From Eledone cirrhosa (lineage: Eukaryota): a stretch of DNA of 64,000 bases. The DNA lies in NCBI GenBank assembly GCA_964016885.1, contig OZ024744.1, forward strand, positions 60,574,001-60,638,000, given 5' to 3'. Every line of letters starts with the position of its first letter. The stretch's first letter is position 1. Position numbers and translations under genes: made by a program. The notes under the pieces are model-generated. The model searched no databases and was not told the DNA's origin. It saw only the letters and a program-made list of their open reading frames with translations. Positions 53,714 through 64,000 of the stretch are shown here, piece by piece.

Positions 53714-55289
53714 CTAGAAACACAAAAAAAGTGTTTTTTTTAACAATTATATAAGATGGTAAGAAAAGAAAGGGGTGAGTTGCCAGATTGTGACTAATAT
53801 TAAATTAGCAATTATTGTATTGTTTATAATACAAGGAATTTTGAACTAAAGCTAAGGACAAGGAGATGGATGAGTCGTGTTATACAAGTTTTCAGAAATT
53901 TAAAATTGTAAGCTCGGATGCTTCTCCACAAAATGCTAAACATCCAGTTATTTTACATTCCTTAACATTGAGAAGCTGAGCACTGTAGTGAAATATATGT
54001 GAGATGGAAATTGATAGATAACATTGCATAAGTTTTGAAAAAATTTATAGACATGTCTGTACTCAGAAGACATATGATACAAAAGGATGTAATTCCCATT
54101 TTTCTGAAAGAGGAGCTGCCATTATATACAAAGAAATACAGTACATCATTTTAGCCATTTAAAAACAAAAAAAACTTTATATTTACTGTTTTTGCATGGC
54201 TAAAATGACACTACACTGTAATTGCTTCAGTTTCAACACAGTTGTTTTAAATCAAGTCAGTTGACAGTCAAACACAACTCCAAAATATTAATTGCTAAAT
54301 ATATAGAAACAGTACAGAAATTAACTGAAGCCGAGTGAAAGTGTAAACAAAGAAATTTATCTATGCAAACATGAAAGCATATAAGTCTACTTAAGCATTA
54401 AATAAGAAAATTGCAACCTCCACTTTGCTTTACTACAATACAGCATGTGACCTTATAAAGCCATTAATTACATGTTTCACTGTGGGTTGTGAAAAATGTG
54501 GACAAACCCTGCAGACAGGTTTCAATTCTAGTTTAAACCGAGGTTGCTGATCCCTTTCAACCTACATAGAAGTATACATAAGACATGTTTACATAAATCA
54601 ATGTGTGTTTACATACATTTACATAGCTTCAGTTAAATCCTGTAATGTTACTATACTATATAAATATGTATTTATATATATTGTTAAAAGAAGTAAAAAC
54701 GTTTTATACTTTCATTATTGGCAGCTGGAATCAATAAGTATATTATATATAGCATGGTCAAGAATTTATACCAACTCCAATGTGAAAATTTGGTGAAGGT
54801 ATGGTGTCTAATGGTGAGGGTATTGGGCTTATGATTGAAATGTAGGTTCAATTCCTGCACCAAGTGGTATGCTGTGTGCTTCATCGAAACACTTCACATT
54901 GCTCCATTAAACATGATTGAAAATAAGCACAAGCAGTAAGCTGAGTGTTAAACCTATGATAAATTAACTTTTTTGTTACCATATTTTAAATGAAACACAC
55001 AGCCTAAGTTTCATATAAATTTCTTGAATAAAAAAAAAATTTGGCGAAATTTAATGAGGTAATTTTTTCATTAGTAAACCGATGCTTGGAACAAAAATTT
55101 CTTGAATAAAATTATGTTGGAATGTTTTAATACAAGTATGAACGTTTTAAGATAAGCAAGTTTGTATCATAAAACCTGGGCAGATTTAAATGAGTTGGTA
55201 TCAAAAGGATTAAAACAAAGAACCTTTCAATCAGTACATTTTAGTAAACTAAACTAGAAAATAAACAACAAATCATCAATGATGCTTAC

Positions 55290-55647
55290 CTCGTCCTAGT
55301 TTTGTGATATCATGATAAAGTGGGGCACTCGGTGCACTATTAGTGCTAGCAGCATCAACTGAAATGCCACTATCAGACATAGCAGGACTGTGAGAGCTAC
55401 GTGAGAGACTGTTTTCAGGAATGTTGTGTGCACCAGTGATTGCAACTCCCATTGGTGAAGAATCAGATGACGACATGTGCAATGAGTTAAAGTGAGATCC
55501 CCCTGTAATGGGTACTGGCGTAACTGCATGCATGTTGGAAAATTCTGATGTAGATACTTGAGGCAATTCAGGACTCAGAACACCAGTCGGTAAACTGAAG
55601 CCTTCATTTTCAAATGATGAATGAAGAGACGATATCGGATTTTCAAT
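55290..55647 (-). CDS. mei-P26: TRIM-NHL protein: Ser/Pro-rich linker exon
   Basis: tttgtag acceptor and gtaagc donor, 358 nt open frame, phase 0/1 consistent with neighbours. Encodes IENPISSLHSSFENEGFSLPTGVLSPELPQ...DITKLGR. Confidence 0.85.
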
Positions 55648-56127
55648 CTACAAAGAAAATAAGTATTGTTATTAATATTTAACTTCACAATCAATTCAAA
55701 AATTACTCTTACGAACAACAAAGAGAAAATAATTAACTTTATTTACAACATTTAATATTTAAATCAAACAAATCAAGTCACTATAAAACACCTTATTACT
55801 TTAAACTACAGAAAAGAAAAGGAGCTGATTATCAGATCAAACCATGTTTCTATTGATCCATTACTTTCCATTACTGATATCTGCCAATTGAAACTACTAG
55901 CAGAAAAGAAGCAAGATTTGAACTCAAAATGCACAGAACCAGAGCAGATACAAAGCAGTTTGTTTAATTAAATAACAATTCTGCCAAACCACCACATATG
56001 GATTGATATTTTATTGAACCTGAAGGGATGAAAGCCCCATGTTGACCTCAGCAGGGTTTGAACTCAGAGCACAGCGAGCTGAAACAATACACTAGTCTTA
56101 TCTATTTGAAACCAATTATCCTCTTAA

Positions 56128-56341
56128 CCCTTTAGCATTTATATTACTCTATATATATTATATTTTCATGGTAAACGCTTTATCTTACATAATTATCTCA
56201 CATAATATCAAAGCTATGAGATTTTGATATTTATTTTAAGAACAATACCTTAACACAAGTATGAGTGGCCAATTACAGCCGGTTGAACAGAAAGAGGTGA
56301 GAGAATTCTGGCTGGATATGTCTGGTTTAAATGCTAAAGGG
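56128..56341. mobile_element. piggyBac-type MITE, family A (second copy 58938-59141)
   Basis: TTAA on both sides (56124-56127, 56342-56345) and 14-bp TIR ccctttagcattta/taaatgctaaaggg. The internal sequence is shared with 58938-59141. Confidence 0.85.
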
Positions 56342-57721
56342 TTAAGTGGGTGGCATTTCCATCCCAAAGAAATAGGGGCACAAGGGTTATAGGGAGCAAC
56401 TTGGTGGTTTTTCTCGATAGCAGTATACAATTTCAAGAATACACATACACACACTATACAGAAGTTATGTTGTATTCAGTGTAGCAAATGTCCAAACAAG
56501 TGGCATAAAATACCAAGTCCTGCACATATAGCAATATATCTTAATTTCTAACATAGTAAAAGATTAATTTCCAAACAAGTCTTTCTTTTTTTTTTTTTGT
56601 AGGACTGGAGGAATGGGCAGTGCCCATGGCCTTCACCGGATGTTTGAAACTAGAGAAATTGATGCCACTGATGTTCTGTTTAAACTGTTGCAAGTAAACA
56701 ATGAGCTGGGACAGTTCTAGAGGGCTGCAATTTCAGGCAGGAAGTGGTGGTTAATGTGGCTTAGCATAACATAGATGACAACGATGATGATTGTGATGAG
56801 AAGATACAAATAAATTGGGAGTGCCTCAGTGGATGTTGTGTGAGACTCTGAAGAACAAATAAGCAGAGAGAAGAGACAGCATGACTCTAGGCAAGAGGTC
56901 TGAGTGTCTCTGATTTTATGCCTCATACAAATAGTTTTTTTTTCAGGATATCAGTGTTAGTAACAGCAGCAGTCTCAGATGTGCAAGCAGTAGTTTTCAC
57001 ATCTGAGCAATAGACATTACAAAATATGAACACCCCTCTTAATTGCAACAAATTATCAGAATCGACAACTTTGAGTCAATAGACATCACATCTTATTAAG
57101 TTTATAATTACAATAGTGTAACTGCTACCACTACTATAATTTTTACGTCTGTTTTTCTGTTGTCACAAGTGATAAACAAATGTTACTGTCGATATGTAGA
57201 AACAGGCTAACAAATTTTAATCAAGAAACTGGTTAGCCTGAGTTTTATAGGCATCATGCAGTGGGACCAAACCCAAAAGCATGTGGTTGTGAAGCTAACT
57301 TCTTAACAGTCATGTCTGTACCTGACCAGTCATAATTTGATTAATAAAAAAAATTATACCAAGTTAGGGTCTATTGTAATATCATCAAACATTGCCTTTC
57401 TCAAACACACCAGACAATGAGTGATTCCCAGATCAAGGTAAGGTATCGTATCCTTTAGCAAGACACTTTATTTCATGTTGTCTGTCCACTCAGCTAGCAA
57501 AATGAGCTGCAACGTCAGTGCCAAGCAGCAACAGTTTTTGCCTTTTGCTTGGACAACATCGGCCACATGGAGGAGCAAGACATGCATGTATGGATAACTG
57601 CTGATCTTCCACAAAAAACACTTTGTCCAGTCTTGTGCCTTGGAGAACTTTCCAGGGCCAAACCTATGGTCAGTCATGACTGATAGTAATTTCTAGTGTA
57701 TACAGTAATGTTCTTTGCAAT

Positions 57722-57965
57722 GTCTACTAGTATGTTCTTTATAGTGTACTTTATACTGCCTAGTATAGTATAGTGTACTTTACAGGGCCTAGTATAATGT
57801 ACTTTATAGTGCCTAGTATAATGTATCTTATATAGTGTTTATTATAGTGTCTACTATAATGTACTTTACAGTGTCCAGCATAGTGTACTTTACAATATCT
57901 AATATAATGTAATGTACTTTATAGTGCAAAATATAATGTACTTTACTGTCTACTATCGTGTATTT
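57722..57965. repeat. Degenerate ~23-bp tandem repeat
   Basis: Units resembling tagtataatgtactttatagtgcc. Confidence 0.7.
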
Positions 57966-58450
57966 TATTATAACCATAGTTTGACATCTATTTTCCACAC
58001 TTGCTTGGGTTAGACAAGCTGTCTCATTATGAGACAAGTCAGGTCTGGAGACTCATGTTCATATGGCTCTGTATTTTAGCTTGGTTTCTGTACCTAGATA
58101 TCCTTCCTAACACCAACTATGATACAGTGTGGACTGACAGCTTTTTATTGTGTCACCAGAATGACATGTTTATTATAATGTACTAATTCAACATGTTTAT
58201 TACCATATTTCTAACAAAAATACTGCCAATGATTTCCAAATTTTGAAAACTGATGGAATTAGTAATATACCTAACTTTCTCATTATCAAGTTGGTATGGA
58301 GTGTAACTTACATAAAAGATTCTTACATAAAATTATAATGGAAGGCTTTTAGATGAAAACAAACATAGAACAGCTTTGTATCATAGATGTAGGGGTGGTT
58401 TCAGGTTATTTGGTATCAAAAGGATTAAAGGAAATAAACAAATAAAACAC

Positions 58451-58771
58451 CTTTGGATCATTTGCATTTACCAATCTGATGGACCCAAATGTTTTTCGGA
58501 TGGCTTCAGTAAAAACAATATCATCTGTCTTGAATTCAATAGTTCTATTCAAATCTGGTTTAGGATGGTTGTTGAAGAGAAACAGCATCTGGTTGACAAT
58601 GAGTTTATTTAACATGAGTATTTGATAGCTGTTCCCGTTTTTCATCACACGTTCGGCAAATTTGCATCCATCTTCAATCTTCTCTATCTTCTTCCCAACA
58701 TTATGACACATTTCTATTATCGACATTTCTTGAGCAGCATGGATTTCTTCTAACTCTTTTAATAATTCATC
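58451..58771 (-). CDS. mei-P26: TRIM-NHL protein: coiled-coil (BBC) exon
   Basis: ttttcaag acceptor and gtgttt donor, 321 nt, phase 0/0. Encodes DELLKELEEIHAAQEMSIIEMCHNVGKKIEKIEDGCKFAERVMKNGNSYQILMLNKLIVNQM... Confidence 0.88.
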
Positions 58772-61104
58772 CTTGAAAAAAAAATAGAATAAATAGAATA
58801 AAAATGAAACTACTCAATAACAAAATTATTGTCGCCTATGTCCTCCTTTATTAGTCCTTTAGTGCCATATTGTTGCTGCCATGTCTATTAGTAGACAGCA
58901 ATGGATCATGGAAATAATGTAACTGATAATATTTTAGCCCTTTAGCATTCACATTATTTTATATATACTATATTTTAATGGTAAAGGCTTTACCTCATAA
59001 TTATCTCACATAATATCGAATCTATGAGATTTTGAAAGTATTTATTTGAAAGCAATACCTTAATATCAGTTTGAGTGACCAGTTACAGCCAGTTTCAACA
59101 GAAAGAGGTAGAGAACTCTGGCCGGTTTGAACACTAAAGGGTTAATTACTAGATTTAAATTAGCTTAACAGTGAATTCTAGGATGCTTTCATAATGTATT
59201 TCACATATGCTCTATATGAATGTTGAATTTTTGTTTCTATTTAACTATAGTCAGAGCTTACTCTTCTAGTGTTTCATGCTGGCACAGGTTGGACAATTGT
59301 CAGTCCAAGACTAAACTGGATGGAGAACATCCTGCTCATATATTCCATATTTTTGCATGGCTTCAACAGCCTGACCTTTCTAACACCAGCCACTTTACAG
59401 AGTGTGCTGGATGCATTTTATGATACCAGCACTAAGAAATGCATTAGGACATAAATTTAGATATTGATTTAGGCATACTACATGACTAATTTTGTCTGAC
59501 ATTGTTAAATTAAATGCATGACATTTTTCTAAAGTTTTATTGTAAAAAATATTGTTCATTGATCCAAATTAGTTTTACAGTCTTAACGAAAATTTATTTA
59601 TAGAAATTAACAAATCCAAACCATTAAGAAGTGTTTTATAGCCTATGAGCCCCATTAGATTAATCCTTTCTTCCTGCCAATGATTTTCAATTAATTTTGA
59701 TAAGAATTTGGATGGATTTAATAATATAATGAACTTAATTTGGTGTTTATAACAGAAAATGATCATAGAAAGTTTTTAGATAAATTCACCATCATTTTAC
59801 ATCCACTTTTCCCTGCTTTAAAACTAACAGCTTAGTGTTGTAGAATTAGTGCTGGTTTCAGACAGCTTGGTATCAATACGGTTAATATTACTCAATTTAA
59901 ACCTTATAGAATTTGGTATTAGAATAAATATTTTTCTTCATAAATTTGGTCACAAGGTGATATACATATGTATATTGCAGTTGTTAAAGTAAGTATACTG
60001 TATCTTTGCACGCTGTACACAGCCTTAAAATGATTCATCCAACCCATGCCAGTATGGATATTTTTTTTTTTTTTAAAGTAACATTTAACAGACAACCCAA
60101 AATAAAATCTATTAAGTAATCTAGTTTTACATGCTTATACATTTATAATCTATGGAGAGAAAAATAAATATTAGACACAGGCATGACTGTGTGATTATGA
60201 AGTTTGGGTTCAAGGTGTTTGGTACTTTTGGGCAAATGTCTTCTTGGACTAAGCAATGTTTTTTGAGTAAACGTGTCATCATCCTCATTTCATGTCCATT
60301 TTCCACGTTAGCAAGGATTAGACAGGTAGTCCCATTAGAGGCAAGTCAAGTCAGGTGACCATGTCTCACTCATATAGAACTGTGTTCATATATAATGTTC
60401 ACATTTGACATTACAGACTTATTTGGGAACATTCTGCATAAACAGAGATTCTGCTGTTTGGCAGTTAGCCATACAAAAATCTATACCAGCATCAATACCA
60501 ACATGGGAAAATTAAACTTAAATATGATGATGTGTGTCCACATGCTGCCATTTACAAGTGACTGTTGGATGTTTGTTTATCTCTCATAGGTTACAGTTTA
60601 GATATAATCAGTATATACAACACTTAAAAAAAGAAAGTCTTATCCACCCCATGTCAGCATGGAAAAGATAAAAACGATGATGAAATCAAATACCACCCAA
60701 AAAGTCATGATGATCATCATATATAGCCTATTTATTTAATCAACTATAGTCACTTCCCAATAACCAAGTTATGTTCTACCAATCTAGTTGTAAAGTGAAT
60801 TGGTTGGTAAATGCACTCTGTAGTTAAAAACCTGGTGATAAAATATCTTTAGATGCTTTAATACCCCTGAGAGAATGAAAAGTTCTCAAGTACCAGTTTC
60901 ATATTAAATGGATTATCTGAATAAAGAAATTTGTAATGGCCTGATGGAAACACTATCTTAGCAACCGTAAATTTGTTTCATTTGAAAAACTCTTACCAAA
61001 ACATGGTCATAAATGGTACTTAAGTGAAGAGTGGCTATATAAAATGTTTTGCACAGCACATCAACTGAAAATTGTTTTTAAAAAAATAGAATAACAAAAC
61101 TTAC

Positions 61105-61365
61105 CCTTCTGGTTTCTAAAGCAGTTTTGTAACTTTGAAATGTCTCTTGAACAAGTCCTTTCACATTATCTCGTTGCATTTGCATATCACTTAACGCATT
61201 TTCAAGATTGTTACTAATTTCTTCAAAAAGCTTTATCTTATTTTTACTTTCTGTTATCAGACTGCTAATCTCATCAGTAAGCTTTGTGTCAACATTAGAA
61301 ATCTTATCAGTAAAATGCTCTGGCTGCTGGTGATCTTCAGCAATACAGTCATTGCAAACCACTTC
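61105..61365 (-). CDS. mei-P26: TRIM-NHL protein (mei-P26/NHL-2 type): end of B-box and start of coiled coil
   Basis: tttcacag acceptor and gtaag donor on -, 261 nt, phase 0/0. Encodes EVVCNDCIAEDHQQPEH (B-box CxxC...H...H) followed by heptad-like helix KLTDEISSLITESKNKIKLFEEISNNLENALSDMQMQRDNVKGLVQETFQSYKTALETRR. Upstream exons were not found in the window. Confidence 0.9.
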
Positions 61366-61393
61366 CTGTGAAAAGAATTTATATTTGCTTTTA

Positions 61394-61634
61394 TCTTTGA
61401 ATACCATATTTCTAATGAAAGACACTGTCTATTATTTCTAAATAATTTTGAAAATGTCCAAAAATTTCAAGGTGTTTACTAATATAGCTTTTCCATTATT
61501 AAGCTGCTGTTTGAAACAAATATCCTTACTCAAAATTTTGATGGAATGTTTTTTGATAAATATAAACACATTAAAATAAACAGATTTGTACCATAGAACC
61601 AGGGCCAGTTCGAAGCAGTTTGGTATCAAAAGGG
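61394..61634. mobile_element. piggyBac-type MITE, family B (copies at ~36521-36700, 51657-51866, 54968-55209, 58192-58424, 59660-59881, 61757-61850)
   Basis: Shared ends ttaacc(c)tttt(g)ataccatatt... and ...ttggtatcaaaagggTTAA, with shared internal aagctggtgtttggaacataaa-like sequence; about 210-245 bp. Confidence 0.7.
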
Positions 61635-62929
61635 TTAAAACATACCAAAGATGAAACCTCTGCAGCTGCCAAAAAGACAGCATTCAGTGATAAAATACCC
61701 AGCAAGAAGCATAGTAGCTAAAAACATCAGAGAATATATGGCATTGCAAGGGTTAACTCTTTTGACACCAACCTGATTGAAACTAACCACTCGTTTCACA
61801 ATACAAAACTTTTAAATGTTTATATATTTATAAAAAAAACCTTCCAACAGTAAAGACGCTTACTCAAAGTTCTCTGCAATGAGAGTGGGCCTAGAACCAC
61901 ATGGTTGCAAAGAACTTCTTTATCTAAATTTTTGTTTTTATTTGTTTGTTTGTTTTTTCAATTCAGTCCAGCTTTAGAGAAAGATTTGTAAAATTTTACT
62001 GAGAACATATTTTAATGAAAGGACTGATAGAAAAATCTCAAAACAGTATAATCAATTGACCACATTTTGTTGCTTTAATGTGAAAGCCAAAAGTTGGACA
62101 TTTGGTGTGGAGGAAGGGACTATGACCATAGTTTTCACAAACCTTCCAAGACTGGAAATTGATGTTATTGATCTTCCATTTAAACTGTTGCAAAATCTAA
62201 ACTTTTGGAAAGACACAAATAGGAAGGACTGAATGAAATGGTTAGTATGAGGCCTGATGAGTTCCAGTGGACTGACATTCTAGACAAGAAGGATTGGGTG
62301 TAATGGTTAGTGTGGAGTCATGAAGAAGAAGGGTCTGGACACAATATAAGTGATGAGAGACAACTGAGACACGAGACCAGTCAGCTCCAAGGATCATCAA
62401 TTAAATACCTGTACTGTACCTACCAGCTTCCTAATTTGTAATGCAGAATTATTAGACCAAAAATATTCACTTAACTCATGAATGAACCGACAGAATTAAA
62501 GCACCAGACAAAATGTCTTGCAACATTTTCCCCACTCTTCCCGTCCTCAGTCCAAATCTCACAAAAGGTCAATAAAATAAAGTACCAGTTAAATATTGGG
62601 GTCATTTTAACATATAAGCAGAAAAATATCTAAAATTGGATCTGTTTTATAGCATTTATATTGGTGGACAAATTGCTGTAAAAATGCTTTTTCTAATATT
62701 AATGTGACTAGCAGAAAAACCACCCTTCATGTGGTTTTCTGCTAGCATGTGTAGTGTGTATATTGATATTATCGCAAGTATATATACACGTAGATATGAT
62801 ACATCAAATAAAAGCGTAATTGACAATATACACAGAAATTGAACGAAGACTTGTTACACTGTCTTATGTAATCAGTAAAGTAATCCATGATACATTAAAA
62901 AAAGGCGATATTATATATAAACTGCATTA

Positions 62930-63311
62930 GGAAAAAATTCAACATCATCATCAGGTCGAGCTTGCCCGGATTTCTACGACACGTTTCCTCCATCCATCTC
63001 TGTCTCTCATAGCGTTTGTCAGTTCTTCCGCAGTGCATCCAGTATCATCCTCAAGTTGCTTGACGTATGTCTTCTTGGGACGACCAGCGTTTCTTGCTCC
63101 ATGAGATGGGGAGCATTGAATGCAATGGAAAAGATATGGAAATCAAACCTGCCGGCCAAACTGAAAAGGAATTTCTTCAGAGCTGCTGTAGAGTGTGCTT
63201 GTTTATGGCTCTATCACTTGGACGCTAACGTCGAAACTGGAGAAAAAGCTAGACGGGGCATACACACGTATGCTCCGTGCTACTTTAAACGTGTCTTGGA
63301 GGGAAAAAATT
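62930..63311. mobile_element. 5'-inverted non-LTR retrotransposon insertion with a 10-bp flanking direct repeat
   Basis: 62943-63102 on - encodes HGARNAGRPKKTYVKQLEDDTG...AMRDRDGWRKRV...* plus (TGA)n. 63103-63301 on + encodes the upstream part WGALNAMEKIWKSNL...FFRAAVE..YGSITWTLT..LDGAYTRMLR..LNVSW. ggaaaaaatt occurs at 62930-62939 and 63302-63311. Confidence 0.8.
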
Positions 63312-64000
63312 AGTGACAGAAAATTAGTATGTTTATTTAGGTGATCACCAACCGGAAGTGAATTTTTAAATAAACAAAACATATTTAATCAGCCACGAAA
63401 TTTAGTAGATAAATTATGTAATATTCATTCATTATTTATTCAAAGTAATCCAACTTATTTTACTAATGGGATAAAAAATTATAAACTGTACGCAGTCCCG
63501 CACTCCTCCCTTTATTATAGTTTAGATTTCATGTAGAACAGTAGAAACCAAATCTTCACCCAACATGTTAAGTGCCACATCAGCATTATATATAAACCCG
63601 TGTTACACACATCCCTTCATTCTTACAATGAATTGCAGAGGATGATGGTTCATTTGTTGAGGAAAGGTGAAAGTAATTGGAAAAGAGCAAAAGAAATGAA
63701 TGTGAAAGGGGTAGAAGAAAAAGAATACCAAGACATGACAAAAGATGGAGGAGAAAATGTAATGGTAAGAGGAGTTGGTTTGGGGATGTACAGGACAGGA
63801 GTGTAGAAATTTGTCGTAGGCCCTGCAAGATTAACTCCAATTTCAGCAGAGGAAATGGCTTTAAAATGCATGTGTACATATCATTTTTGAAGTATCACAC
63901 ACTAATATACAAAAACTCTAAAGAAAAACTATAAACCAACAACAAGGTCAATTGCTAATATATAGATACTGGTACACAATTGCTTTTCTGGCAACTAATG

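Noticed and set aside
61366-64000. Further upstream exons (RING/B-box) of the TRIM-NHL gene
   Set aside because: No - strand frame with B-box/RING Cys-His pattern and splice sites was found. ORFs at 63586-63934 overlap a decayed RTE 3' fragment.

Overview
Eukaryotic, AT-rich, repeat-dense genomic DNA. The RTE LINEs, tRNA-derived SINEs with (GAT)n tails and very long (TA)n arrays suggest an octopus-like cephalopod; the taxon is an inference. Two intron-containing genes converge tail-to-tail. On + are the last three coding exons of ETFDH (8356-13821). On - are nine exons (61365 down to 36175, 724 aa plus stop, N-terminus outside the window) of a TRIM-NHL gene whose NHL domain matches Drosophila mei-P26 / C. 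elegans NHL-2. Introns and intergenic DNA hold decayed RTE LINEs, SINEs and piggyBac-like MITEs. The most notable non-genic signal is three unrelated fold-back (inverted-repeat) elements at 14.7-15.2, 31.4-32.9 and 46.6-49.0 kb. Each carries a type I hammerhead ribozyme motif in both arms, and one retains the C-terminus of a Penelope-like ORF. One of them lies inside a ~14 kb U-rich, LINE-poor region that looks like an ultra-long mei-P26 3' UTR. All calls were made by eye; no alignments, folding or database searches were run, and repeat boundaries are approximate.
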